A stretch of 64,000 bases of DNA from Antedon mediterranea (lineage: Eukaryota; Animalia; Echinodermata), in NCBI RefSeq assembly GCF_964355755.1, contig NC_092679.1:14119432-14183431 (forward strand), given 5' to 3'. The notes below the pieces were generated by a model. That model saw nothing but the letters and a program-made list of their open reading frames with translations. It was not told where the DNA came from and searched no databases. The translations under genes were made by a program, and so were the position numbers. Shown in pieces: positions 50,300 through 64,000 of the stretch. Position 1 is the first letter of the stretch. The number at the start of each line of letters is the position of its first letter.

Positions 50300-53200
50300 A
50301 TGGACAGTGAAGGGAGGAAAATATTAGTATGCGATAATGGTACAGGTGTAAGTATTCTATTATTTCTCGTTATTTTTTGGACTAAAACTTTATTATTTGT
50401 ATGCAAAAATTAAAGATAACAATTGGATATAAATGCCGGAAGTGTCATCATGATTACTATACAAAAAGATAGCGCTTCAGAAATCAGGAAGTGATCTTTC
50501 TTCCGAGCCTAGCCTATCCTTATTATTATTTTTCCACCTAGGCATAGGGCCTAGTAGTAGGGTAATCAAATTTACATTTAATCCTGTACCAACTGGAGCC
50601 GCCCCCACGGTCAGCCTAGAGTAGCGTAGCTAGCGTACACACCGGCCAGCGTAATAACGACCGTTTCCTCCTGGCTGGCTGGACTGAAAGTCCTCTGCCG
50701 GCCTGGGTTTACAGGGCTAAGTTCCTACTCCTAGCTAGTAGTGCAGTACAGTACTCTAGTAGGCCGTAGAGGCCTAGCATCTTGCTGTAATGTGGCAGAC
50801 ATATAAACAAATATTAGTTATAAAATTGTTTTTTTGTGTGCAGAGTATGTTTTTATTATTGATCTCATTCAGATAACTTGGTTGACAACGACATGCATGA
50901 TGTTGATTATCAATTTATAACAATGATATGATGATAATTGTTTTTAAATATTATAAGGAAGTATAACATAGGCCTACTTGGCTAACCCTATCTCCCGCTA
51001 CTATATATGCCCAACTCAACCTAGATCTAAAGAACATGAAAAATTACCAGTATTAATATTACCATGGTTTTCATTAATTATTGGGTATAATAAAATAAAC
51101 GATATATACGATTTTTAGGGGCGTATCCAGGATGTTGTGAAGGAATTTTTTAACGGAAAACGAAAGGTGTAGAGCAACAAAAAAACTTACTCATACTGGC
51201 TACTGGATGTAATATACCTTCAGATTTTTACTGATGAGCCAGTTCCTGGGAATCTAAGATGGAGTCTAGAAATTTAGGGTGCAATATTCCCACAGATTTT
51301 CATTTGTTTGTATTCAATATTCTTTTGTTTTTCAGTTTGTTAAATGTGGATATGCAGGAAGCAACTTCCCTGCCTTTATTTTTCCTTCATTGGTTGGACG
51401 ACCAATCATACGGTCCACAGCAAAAGTCGGCAACATAGAAGTTAAGGTACTGTATTAGATTTTGTCATTCATAAATAAATATTAGGAAATTTCATGTTTA
51501 CCTGCTTTTTATCAGACTAGAGCTTTGAAAAACAACATGCTTTTAATTTTATGAAACTAGCTTATAATTCATAAAAATGATATTCATTTAAAATTTCTAT
51601 TAATCGGCTAAGCAATTGTAGAAATTGTATTAAAACTGGAACTTTCTAACGTAAAAAGATAATTTTTATAATATAAAACATTTATTTTTTGCAAAGCTTA
51701 ACTTATACTGCAAATTTTTTATCATCTTTAATTGCAGTTTGCTTGCAAAAGGATAGTATTTCTAAAGTTATACAATTGTAACCATCATAATGCTTTTACT
51801 GCCAATCCTATCCTATATTAAATCAAAAGTGGTTAAACATTCAAGTAGCATTTGTCGAGCATGGTGACAGTTATTAAGCCCATATTCAGTATTTTTATAA
51901 AGGAGTTTATTTTTCCACAATAGGGGACAAATCGAACTGGCCCTAATATTTACCATTATCATACTGAGCCTGGATTCCGGAGCTGGTTGCTAGATAAAAA
52001 AAAATGGGTGTAGTGTTTTAAGAATAAAAATTCACATTAAGTGGATTGGATTCTGTATAAAATCATATACTTACATGTGAACACAACTTCAGGTATGGAT
52101 TAAATCCAGGCTCTGTCAGTGTGAACAAGTTGTTAACATAGTTAATCTAAATCTCTTTTCATGGACTGAATACAAACATCTATAATCAGAAAACCAGTTT
52201 GTTTCAAGATTGAAAAGAGGACATTATTTTCATATGTTTACATTTACATGCTTAAAGACTGTTTATCAGTGGAAATTTCATAACTATCATTTATTTTGCT
52301 TTTTCTTTCTTTTGTTTTGTTTTTAATCCCTTACTTCATTTGTTCCATTGCAAAGTACAGAAGGTAGGCACACATTCTCAAACTCAACTCATTTTATAAT
52401 TCTTCCATTTTTAGCTTTACAGTGTTGTTTTTCATGTGCAATGATGCGTGACCTATCTAAAGCAATGTTGATGTGAATTTAAAATAGTACATACATTTCT
52501 GTTGTGAATCCCAATTTTCTTCCTTCAAACACAATTTAATCTTTAATTTGAGTGAGGAGAAGGGGTGGAAATAAATGAGCATTTTTACCACCAATAACAA
52601 ATATAACTAGATTTAATTCGTCACTATGACGAATTATAGGTTATATGCATTGATTTAAATAAAGAGAATTGATTTTTTAAAGATATATTGATTGATTGTT
52701 TTTCTCAGAATCTTTAATTATTTATAATATATGATAGGACCTTGCTAGCGCGAATACAATAGCCGGTATCACAATCCGATCAAAGATCCCTCTGCGTATA
52801 ATGTCATAAACCACATTTGTTGTTACATATATTAATAAAGACATAAGTTACTTTTTATCTAGATTTCATTATAAATCATGTGTATAATCTATACACTAAG
52901 AAATAAACTTGAACAAACAATACAGATAATAAAAAAAAAATCTTATTTCGTTTCCCAAGGTGAGACTCGATCTCGGTACCTTGAATGCCATAGACACGAG
53001 CACAGACCATCGAGCCATACACAACTGACTAAAGTTATGGAAAGATTCCTCCGTGTATTTACTATGCAGTAACCACTTTGGTGCAGATAGATTATTACAT
53101 ACCGCAATGAATTATAATGTTTTACTATGATGACATCTTTAAAAATTTAAAAAAAATGATGCACTGTCAAACTATATACTTTTAACTTTAATATTTGAAC

Positions 53201-56200
53201 TTCTTAAGGAAGAAAGTTAATGTTAAGTTTGTTATTTCGACCTAAGAAAATGTTATAATTTGATTGATTGTCATAATTAATTTTTTTTAATTTAATATGC
53301 CATTAATGATGACTTAATCAACTTTTTTTCTCCTAATTTCATAATAAATCATACATATGATACATACACTTCAAGAAAATGAAATAAAAAATAGGTGTTC
53401 CCGAGCATTCTAACGATATATATTAATTTTTAAATTTAGCATATTTTCACCATTTTGTTAACTTACACGTGCGTAGACTGTCACTTTAGACGTGCTCGTA
53501 TAACGCTGTTTGGCGTTGAAAAGTGAATAAAATATGATATTATTAAAGAAAGGTTATACAACAGTAATCGGACAAAAAAAGTGCGCATTAATGTTTGAGC
53601 GCGTGCAAAAATCTGCGCACTCATGGTAATTTTTTAAACGCTTAAAATTGCCAGAAACGTACTCTACTTTCATCGAAAATAAATTCTGACAATTTTTGAA
53701 CATTTTAAGCGCGTACGCATGCGTTGTATGCGCTACGCACGTAATTGTATTGCCATATGATGAAATATGACCTGAAATTTATGAGTACCAAATTTTGTTT
53801 AAAAATGATTCATGCTTGTGAAGATATGGTTACAAACGTGATTTCATTAAATCGCGCGTAGACCACGTAATGTTTGATTGCGCACCGTGAAAACATAACC
53901 ACATCGATTCCTGGCCATAAGGAATATACTCTGAAAAATTGACTTAGCTAGATGAAACTGATATCAAGATAATTCACGGACAAAATAGTGCTAAGGAAAG
54001 AATAAATAAACAAATAAAGATTCTGACCGAATCAAGAGGTTATATGCATGAATGCATATAACCTAATAAATCTATTTCCTGGAAATGTATGGCTATAATA
54101 AAAAAAATGTATATTTGTTTTTGTAATCATTTGGTCACAATTTAGATTTAAAAAAAAAGGTTTTTTAGATACACTTTGATGTGGCGAATGCAGTGTACTG
54201 TAAAGCATGCTTTATTTTGTACTGTTAATTTTGTGTGTCTGTGTGTTTGGCCAATTATTTGCATGCTTTTTGGTTTTTGTTTTTTGCTAATTTCCATTTA
54301 TCCTTTGATTGCTGTTCATTACTTTTTTACTGTCGATATTCTGTTTGTTCTTTTCTTAAACGCTATGAATTTTTTTTGTATTGACATCGTACTGTACGTT
54401 TATGTTATAGTTTGTCTCTTTTAATTCTAATTTATTTATACTGTAAATGGCATTCATACATTTACATACATTTTCCAACCAAATTGTGGTTCGTCTTGTC
54501 AGTTGGCAGTACATACTGCAGATTAAGGCACTACAAAATCTACTCTGTGTAACAGTACTGTAGAAGTGATTCCTTTTCGATTGTGTAATACAAAACCATT
54601 AAATTTAATAATAACTAGTATAATGAACATTTGTGCATGAAACGGGTTTGTTTTCGTAGCTCACTACAATAATTCCATTATTGAGATAGTCCCAAAAAAT
54701 AATAATAATAATAATTTTTTTTTAATTAAACTTCATTTAATAAGGGTGACTCAAAACAGCCGAAGCTGACATGCATGAGCCCTCAATACTTAAAAAACGG
54801 GAACAATACAAATACGAAAATACTAGAAAAAGGATAACAAACAGAGAGAAAAAGACCAATAAAAAAATATACAAATATATGGCATCATTGTGGTCTTCAT
54901 TACCATGCATTATGAGGAAGTTTTAATATTTATTCTCTGTAAACATACATTTTATTGCGAGGTTTCACTTGTCTGGGCTTAATTTCTAAAGTTTTTCAAT
55001 CGAAGTTGATTAATTTGAATGAAAAATTCTTTCTTTTTAAAGGATTTAATGGTTGGAGATGAAGCAAGTCAATTGAGGTCTATGCTTGAAGTGAATTACC
55101 CTATGGAAAATGGAATAGTTCGAAACTGGGACGACATGAAACATGTTTGGGATTACACATTTGGCGAAGAAAAACTAAACGTAGATCCCAAAACATGTAA
55201 ACTGTTACTTACGGAACCTCCAATGAATCCAGGAAAAAATCGAGAAAAAATGGTTGAGGTAAATCGTGATTTAAGTAAAAAGTTCATATACAGATATCAT
55301 TTGAATTGAGATGTTCTCTTTTTATATCATTCAGGTTATACTTTAAATTAAATCCAAAGGCAAATTAATACAAAAAATTACAATGCTGTGGGTGTTATTA
55401 GTGGCTGGATCTCAATGGAGATACAAAATAAAAAAAACAGACAAATGAGATCGACTACATACTGTATACTGTACCTCCTTGGCGGAGGTAAATAATCAAA
55501 AAGCTTAATCAACTTATATATGTTTTATTTTTTTACAGGTTATGTTTGAACAATATCAGTTTGCAGGCTTGTATATAGCTATTCAAGCTGTTCTGACACT
55601 CTATGCACAAGGTAAATATTTGTATAGCATTTTTCTTTATAACGTGTGTGGCACAGTTTGTTGGATGTTGGACTACTGATCATCGGTTCGAATCCAACGC
55701 TCGTTGTTTTGCTTGTATCATTAGGCAAGATACTTTACTTAAGTTTGCCTCTTGCCACCCAGGTTTACAAATGGGTACCTGGTAAGGTCAAGACGCAACT
55801 TTGTTTGCAACTAAAGGTGGATATATGACTAGACAACTGCAAGGAAGATACTTTTTGTATGATTATCAATGAAAATAAAATATACAATAAAACCTTTAAG
55901 AAGTTCTGAGCAGTTTCTCAAATGATTTTAAGAACACTTGATACAAATAACACATTACGCCTCTCTCCACCCAGGTGTTTGATCCAAAAATGGCCGGGTA
56001 ATAATATGTACAGCACAGGGGTCTTACAACATTAAGCGATTTATAAATCTAGAATATTGTTTTTAACACACCAATCTTTTGATTGGAGGATTTTGGGTCA
56101 CATGATCAATAACTACTCCATTGAAACAATGTTCTCAAGATTTAAGTCAAACATCACGATGACCTTTCACATTTCTCCTTTCACCTCATGAATTTATTTG

Positions 56201-59200
56201 TACCATGTTGCACTCATCAACATTCATTATTTGTATAATATACAATACAAAATGTCTTTATTATTGTCCAAGCAATGTCAATAACGGCACACATGAGTAG
56301 AAATAAAGTGGGTGATCGTTTGTTGCTAGCAGTAGAGCGCGTTCAGGATTGGAACACACAAACTCATTACTTTCCCACCCTACTCAGCACCCTCTCAAAT
56401 ATTATCCCCTTTCCTGATATTTTCACCTTTGACTAGAAAAATAACAGCATATAATATAAAGCATTACAGCTTAAAAATTGCAATGGGTCTTTTTAGTAAA
56501 TTTTATGAACTTAGACATATTTTAGACTTTTTGGTTTGTAAGTAATGACTCATATTAAGATCTAAAGATTCTGTTTCCTTTAAAAGATTAAAGTCTTTGA
56601 TTGGTGAAGATTTCTTGGATTAGTGATTTCAAATATGTACATACAGTATATAGTAACATTTAAAAATGGGCTACATTCACATCTACACAACAAGTTGATT
56701 TTAAGATATACCCCAAGATATTACCATTACCAAAATTACATCCTGCAATAGAGAAGTGGGTTTTCTTTATAAGATATGTTACAAATTGCGTAATCTAAAA
56801 TGTTGATTTGTTTGTGTTTTTCAGGTCTTTTGACGGGAGTTGTGATTGATTCTGGTGATGGTGTAACGCATATCTGTCCTGTTTATGAAGGCTTTGCTCT
56901 ACCTCATCTCACAAGGAGGTTGGACATTGCTGGCAGGGACATCACAAAATATCTTATAAAGGTAATGATGTATGATAGCCCACTTCACAACAGTACATGT
57001 TAGTGTTGTTGCATGCCCAAAAGAATTTAATGAGCAATTAGGTTATGCTAAAAATAATACTAATTACTTTTCATACCTGCAAAAAGTAACTTGTAACAAG
57101 TTGTAACCAGGTTTGCATAATGTGAAGACAATTTTGTGGAAAATCTCACAAGAGACCTATGTGAAACCTTGGGAGAAAAACTATCGATGAGAGGCATGTT
57201 TTTTGTTCCGAGATGTCCCGAGTCGTTCGTGAACAAGTGTATTGCCCTGGTATTAAACTGACCAATCATAGTAATCAATTTGCACTCAACTATGCTTTCT
57301 CCCGCATATGCGTGTATGAAAATGTGTAATATGAGATACATAATGATGTAAAACATGCAAGTCAATCATTGTTTTTACATCATGAAAACATTTTGGTAAA
57401 ATTAACTGCGTGAAAAATGCAAGAGCGAACAATGGTAAAAATCTTCCAATGACATTGAGTAAGGCTACCGTGGTTAAATTTACCATTTTTCAAGTCCAGT
57501 GCGAACAAGGCCTAAAGGTGGATATATAACTAGACAACTGCAAGGAAGATACTTTTTGTATGATTATTAATGAAAATAAAATATACAATAAATCCTTTAA
57601 GAAGTTCTGAGCAGTTTCTCAAATGATTTTAGGTACACTTGATAAAATAGCACATCACTAAAAACTACACCTTTTTCTAAACTGGACCAAGTGTCTGGTT
57701 TTAAGAGAGGTCACTGACAGATAGACCGACACAATGAAAAAGCTTACAATATATCATGCCAACTATCAAAGACTACATGATTCTTTATTAACAATACTAT
57801 TGTAGATATACAATTGTTAGTCTTTTTGGACTATACATGTGTGCAAAACATCTTTTGATGAATGTTTTTCACTTGGTATGCCCTGGTCCAGCCAGCCCCT
57901 CTCAGTACCTACTGGTTGACTTTAAAAGATGCATTGTAAGCCAATGCTGTGCATTGATCCTTAAAACTAATATCTTAATAATTTATTTTTCTTTATAGTT
58001 GCTTCTTTTACAAGGATATGCATTCAACCACTCAGCAGATTTCGAAACAGTCCGAATTATGAAAGAAAAATTGTGTTATGTTGGGTGAGTATAGATAAAC
58101 AATATGTGCAATTAATCCACAATTTATATATGTATGTATATAGGTATTGGGTAACAGAAGATTATTACAGAAAATGTGATATTTGAAAGGATAGCATGCA
58201 GATTTTAAGGGAAAAAAGATCTTTGTTTTTAAATATTTTCGATCAGTTGAATAATCAACTTTCAAAGAAATTTTGTTTATTGAAAAAGAAAGGAATGTTT
58301 TATTTGATTATTGAAATAATGTTTTTTATCAGGTACAATATTGAACAAGAACAGAAACTATCAAGAGAAACAACAGTCTTGGTTGAGAATTATACAGTAA
58401 GTATTGAAAACAAAATACTACCCAAATTAAAATCATTTTGTACCCAAAAAATGGCATCGGAAGACTTGATAAACCCTTTTCATTAAAATTATTTAATACC
58501 TTTTTGACTGCAAGGATGACACAGATTAGTTCTGATAACACTGAAGAAAATCATTTTTTCCTCTAAGAAGTTCTGAGCAGTCTAGATACAACAATTACAT
58601 ACATTAAAAATACAGATAATAATTTTCTCAAGCCATACCAAACAAGTTGGTGCTTGTTTTGTAAAGAAAAAGTACTTTTACAAGTAAATTGGAATACAGC
58701 ATGGGATTCATTCTACATAAAACAGCTTTGTTTTAGTTGAAATCGTAAACATTAAAATATAACATTGAATGGCTATATAAAAAGACATTTTGATTCCCAG
58801 CTTCCAGATGGGCGAGTCATAAAGATTGGAGGTCAGAGGTTTGAAGCACCAGAGGCCCTCTTCCAACCACACTTAATCAATATAGAGGGAGTTGGTATTG
58901 CGGAACTTCTGTTTAACACAATCCAAGCAGCAGATATTGATACACGATCAGAGTTCTATAAACACATTGTCCTATCTGGTGGATCAACAATGTACCCTGG
59001 TCTACCATCAAGGCTAGAGCGAGAGATAAAACAATTATATCTTGAACGAGTTCTTAAAGGCGACACTACAAAACTAGCGGTAAGTCTTGTTTATGATTTA
59101 GATAATATATATCAGACAATTTAAGGTTATTGAACCTGTATTTGTTATTAGGAATACTTTTTTGTTACAATAAATAAATGAAAGTATAAAAATATTTGTT

Positions 59201-59924
59201 AACTGCAAGGATGACTTCGTTTATCTGACATGAGTGAAGAAATCATTTTTCCTCTAAGAAGTACTGAGCAGAAAATATTCACATACTTTACTTAACTACA
59301 ACACAACTAAATAGTACTAAAGCCTGTTTTCCATGAGGTGTGAATTTATTTACGCTAATGTTCTTATGTCTTATTGTAATATTCGCTGAAGAGAAAATTT
59401 GAGAGAATTTGTTGCAGAAGGGAATTTTTAAATGGAAATATGAATAAGCATGCATTTAATAATAAAGTTATGGAAAACAGGCTTAACAGAGGTGTCAAGT
59501 CCATAGTCAGGATTTTTGCAGGGGAATTCTTTTTTTCCGCTGAACAAAAGATAGATTTAGGCATAGATATAAAGTAATTTGCCTTCTGGCTATGCAACAG
59601 TAGGATTGGCCAAAAAATGGTCATAAGCCTATTAGAAATTTTACTGATTTTCACATTTTTATTTTTGACTCAAAATACTTTTTAAAAATAACAAAATTAT
59701 ATGACATTTGTGCAATTTATGCAAGCCTTAAAATGTTAATTTTGTAATAATTTCAGAAATTCAAGATCAAAATTGAAGATCCACCTCGTCGTAAACACAT
59801 GGTTTTCCTTGGTGGCGCTGTTCTAGCTGATATCATGAAAGATAAACAAGACTTTTGGATAACAAGACAAGAATACGAAGAGAAAGGCCTGAAATGTTTA
59901 GAGTCGCATTCAGTGAAAGTATAA
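50300..59924 (+). CDS. ACTR2: Actin-related protein 2 (393 aa)
   Basis: Exons 50300-50347, 51336-51446, 55043-55258, 55539-55611, 56825-56961, 57999-58084, 58333-58396, 58801-59079 and 59757-59924 in frame. Motifs [50 protein letters not shown]. Confidence 0.98.
52605..54068 (-). mobile_element. Second HINE-type family element in ARP2 intron 2
   Basis: Terminal palindrome AATTCGTCA-cta-TGACGAATT plus subterminal TAGGTTATATGCAT; opposite end AGGTTATATGCAT-ga-ATGCATATAACCTA; shares a ~350-bp core (53611-53970) with 3163-3510. Confidence 0.7.
55643..56052 (+). mobile_element. tRNA-derived SINE fragments flanking a snoRNA-bearing segment
   Basis: Head/core at 55643-55812 (GGTTCGAATCC), resuming at about 55958 with core and tail. 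Confidence 0.7.
55835..55915 (+). ncRNA. SNORD61: Box C/D snoRNA, SNORD61-like, copy 1 (ARP2 intron 4)
   Basis: Terminal stem AACTGC/GCAGTT, variant C box AGGAAGA, guide CCTTTAAGAAGTT plus D box CTGA. Confidence 0.7.
57536..57616 (+). ncRNA. SNORD61: Box C/D snoRNA, SNORD61-like, copy 2 (ARP2 intron 5)
   Basis: Near-identical to copy 1; guide TCCTTTAAGAAGTT-CTGA. Confidence 0.7.
58506..58582 (+). ncRNA. SNORD61: Box C/D snoRNA, SNORD61-like, copy 3 (ARP2 intron 7)
   Basis: Stem GACTGC/GCAGTC, C box AGGATGA, D' CTGA, C' TGAAGA, guide TTCCTCTAAGAAGTT (antisense to 18S AACUUCUUAGAGG), D CTGA. Confidence 0.88.
59203..59271 (+). ncRNA. SNORD61: Box C/D snoRNA, SNORD61-like, copy 4 (ARP2 intron 8)
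   Basis: Stem CTGC/GCAG, AGGATGA, D' CTGA, C' TGAAGA, guide TTCCTCTAAGAAGTA, D CTGA. Confidence 0.85.
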
Positions 59925-62900
59925 AAAAGTAAAAATAAAAAAACTATTTTATACTTTTTTTGATAATATAAACACATTAGCTTCTTTTTTCATCATCAAC
60001 CAAAGTGATATATTAAGTTGATGCTTGATTTTTCTAGAACATTTTTCTTTTCAAATTTATATAAGTCAAGAATTTTAATGCAACATTTGAGATAAAGGAT
60101 TTTCTAAATGTTTAATTTGCTCTGCAGTTTGTAACAGCAACTTCTATGTTTAGACTCAAAAGTATGAAATAATATAGCCACTATAATGAGTACAAATATT
60201 AATTATTATTATTATTATTATTATTACATAATGTGTTGCATTACATGATTTTTCAAATTTTTATTCTGGAGTATTTTATTAGATATACAGTATCCCAAGT
60301 TTTCCAAGTAATTTGTGTTATTTTAAAATCAATATATTTATTTTTCTTTACTGGACAAAGAACTGGTTTCTTTTTTTGATGATAGCAATTAGCAATTATT
60401 TTTTTATAAATAAATAGTAATAATGTACAAGTTATGAGAAGTTGAATAAATAATTGTAGTAGGTAATTTTTTTTTATACTGTACTCATATAAATGATTAG
60501 TTTGTATGTATTGGGGTAAGTTGGTGATGGTGGGAGGTTTGCCCTTATATGAATACAATTGAACCCCTTCCTTTGGTCACCCCTTATAAGAGAACACACT
60601 TTTTAAAGGGACACTTTCATGTGAATTAAACGAGAGAAAATACAGTAATGTCTTAACTATTCTGATGACACCCCTATTAAGGTGATGCTTTGTTGGTTCC
60701 GAAGTTGTACTGTTATTACACTGTAGTACTAAATTTCAATCTTTTTTTCTTTTTGTATACAAGGAAAAGCTATATAATATTAATTATACATTTAAAATAA
60801 CAAATGTGATAGTTTTTCATTTATGAGTACTGGAGTGGTCCACTTAATTTAAAGCAACTAACCATTACCCAAACATTTAGCAGAACAATAAAATTTATCT
60901 TTAATTGGTATTTGTTCTTAGTTTAGCACAAAAGATTAGCGAATAATTTTCATTTTAAGATATAAAATCTTTAAATATCAAAATTAATATGCTGCAGTTA
61001 CTGCAGTAACTACATTTTTATGCAATTATTTAGCCATCTTTTTTTGTTGGGTTATATGCACACTGTTTATTAAGGTGACTGGTGCAAAAACTAAAACCAT
61101 ACATTATTGCAAATAAAACTAATGTTGTTACTGCAGTAACTGCAGTAGAATAATGTTGACATGATACCTAACATAATGAATATGAAAATGTTTATGAAGT
61201 TAATACTACTATTGCAATTCTAGCCTTTAGGTATATAAACTCGGTAGCCTTAAAAATATATTCTAAATTGCGAATGTTTAAAGTTGTGTACTAAAAAATG
61301 ACCAAATAGGCCTAATTTTTTATGTAATATAATATTCTTTTTCAGCATCTTTGCTACTAATAATTTTTTTATGTTGGCGAACATCAGATCTTTGTAAATT
61401 TAATTTCAATGCAGTTTAAATTCTGGATAGCTTAGGTCATAACATCTAATTTTGACTGCTTAAACTGGGGGTAAGGATGCATATAAAATGATGATAGCAC
61501 ATTCGGTAATGTATCATTTTTCTAAAGGATTATTTGAGATATTGTTTGCATGATGTAGTATATAAGAACAAATTAACTATAAAGATGTTAGTAACTTTCG
61601 AAATATGTGTCAAATGTTTTTAGTAAGTATTACATTGGTTGAATGACTGGATTGAATGTTTGTTCGACTGACAGGCAGACTGGACTAATTTGCACTTGAC
61701 AGACAGCAACCTGAGATATGGCATGGCAAACAGGCATTTTAGTCTGGATCCATCACTGACAATTTAAAGAAATAGATGCGATTTTGTTTGACAATTTTAG
61801 TTTTAAAAGAAATTCAGTATGCCTATGTAATGATTATTAATTTGTAGCCAAGTCGAGTTACATGCTGCTTTTTCCAACTGAAATAATTTATTCCAATAAT
61901 TTCATATTTATATAGCACATTTCAATTGAGTTAACGTCTGTTATTAGGTCTGTGGGGCGTATGTACATCAGTTGGCAAAGCAGAAGCTTTTGCAGTGACT
62001 GGAGAAAATAAAACAATGGAATGCGAGTAATGCACACAGGTAGACGATGATCGGTTCGGAATCACAATCCATTGAATTGCATCTATTTGAAATAATAGAG
62101 GATTACTTCTTTCATGATTAATAGGTGGTTCGATATTGAAATTTGTAAAAATAAATAATGATTTAACGTTAATAAGATGGAGGAAATATCCTCCATGATT
62201 ATAATAATAAGGTACAATCACATTTAATTACATTAATTAAAATTATAACGAAATAAGAAAACATGAGACCGTAAAACACACACAGACACGCACAAACCAA
62301 CTTATAAATGATAAACATTTTCCCATGTCATGACTGAAAAGTATGTGCACTATTTTCGTTTCAAAATTGATACAACAGAGAAAACGTTATTGTCATTAGA
62401 AACAGCAATAACAAGAATACTTGGAAACTTTTTAACAGAAACAAAACTTAAAAGAAACAAGAAGTATAGGCCTAGCCGAAAATGTGGAAACGTGAGCTGA
62501 AAAAATAGTTATATAGTATGTATAATAGTGGTTATAGTTATTTTTTAGTAAAAAAAAAGAAGCGGTGACCGTTTCTTCTTCGACCAATTCGTTATTGGTA
62601 CATTGTCATTATGCAGGTTTTGGCCTATTTAGTCGTCCTAACACTGTAGAGGGATACACTTCCCTGGTCCTACAATCATAAATCATATCAACCAATAACA
62701 AGTGTGTGCTACAACGAATGTGTTTATTGATAAAAATGTGAACATCGTTTCGAAGGGGTTTTTAACCTTTGCGTGCTTTCTGTTGATAAAAACAGCTTGA
62801 GAAATATTCTACCTGAAATTGTTAAACTCTTTAGCGATTTCTTTGACCTAGTTCTAGTGAGGTTCTGCCGGGGGACATCGAAATGGCACGGTATGAGTAA

Positions 62901-64000
62901 CTGTTATTATAGCATAGAGACTAATTAAATACTAGGCAAAGTATTATTAAATACAGAATTAAAATAAGGGAAATATATCGGTTTCAGCTTTCATTTGATT
63001 ATCCTCCGAATATCAGTTAAAGGAATCAGATATCGGATTTGTCGGATCTAAATATTGGTCACGTTCTGAAACTTTGTTTGCAACGTCGAACGAACTTTGT
63101 TGCCTAAAAAAGTTGTAGTACCATTCATTGCCACTATTTTTACGATTATTTGATTAACTTGTTCATATTGTATGCAACCAACAACTCTTGAACGTTCCTG
63201 TGATTCTCAAACAATATCGATCGTAACTTTTTTAAACAAAAATAATTTCAATAACAGCCTATGCGCACATAGCAACTCATCCTTCAATTCAATTCAAATC
63301 GGGGAAACGATTTTAAAGGTTTAGATAACCCGTCAAATCAAATTATGTGTATGGTATGTATTGCCAAAACGTCGGCCCTATTTATTATGACTTCGACAAA
63401 AATTGATTGATATATTTCTATAATAATTCACTTACTGTGTTAAATGACCAGTATCAACTATTGTTGATTTTTTGTATGAATCTACACATTCTGTGTCTCA
63501 CATTACACCTGGAAATATATTTATAATATTTCATGCTTAGTTTTCCTCCGGGCGTCATCACGTTTACTTTCGTGCGAGCACACGTTTCTGCTGCCAACCT
63601 TCTGAGGGAACTGATCTTTCTTCAGGTCTATTGCGCAGGTGCTAAGGTAAAGCGGTATCATGACTTTAATTGTTGACATATCTAATAATAACTTTTATAG
63701 ATGAGAGAAACTATCTTGGTGGCATGAACCATGCCATGCCAAACAGCGGTGGTTATCTATCGACAAACTACGGTATATCATTATCACGGATGAGTCTATA
63801 AATAGACCTTTCTATCTATCTATAACAAAGAATGGAGTATAATAATTTCATGTTGATGCCAACATGCATTGTATAAAACTGTTTACTAATGATTTTTATA
63901 GGGATTATAACTTTGAGATGTGTTAAAGGAAATTGTCAGGATGTAGGCCTACGCATAATATAACGACTTATTGATCCGAATCATGTTCATAATCATGATT

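Noticed and set aside
61931-63510. Possible minus-strand exons of a further gene
   Set aside because: Splice-like signals exist, but the 63437-63507 segment is closed in all frames and no product is recognisable.

Overview
AT-rich, intron-rich animal genomic DNA, probably an invertebrate deuterostome (inferred from gene and repeat style). Six spliced genes can be reconstructed with canonical splice sites, arranged as three head-to-head pairs: MDH1(-)/COX20(+), GPATCH11(-)/MAJIN(+) and neudesin NENF(-)/ARP2(+). A tandemly duplicated orphan ORF lies at the left end. RNA genes are hidden in introns: five tandem U3 snoRNA genes in a MAJIN intron, four SNORD61-type C/D snoRNAs in ARP2 introns and a 5S rRNA-derived copy in GPATCH11. 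Two translational-recoding signals stand out. The MDH1 stop UGA-CAA-UUU is followed in frame by QFGPQQAKL-stop, a cryptic peroxisomal PTS1. A near full-length LINE carries a signal-peptide-like leader plus a 2A motif (DIEENPGP) ahead of its endonuclease/RT. The rest is a dense set of transposons: nested MULE/Ginger/Academ-like elements, hAT, Harbinger, P, Helentron-type HINEs, SINEs and a hammerhead-bearing Penelope remnant. Gene and RNA identities come from recalled similarity to known families; no database search was run.
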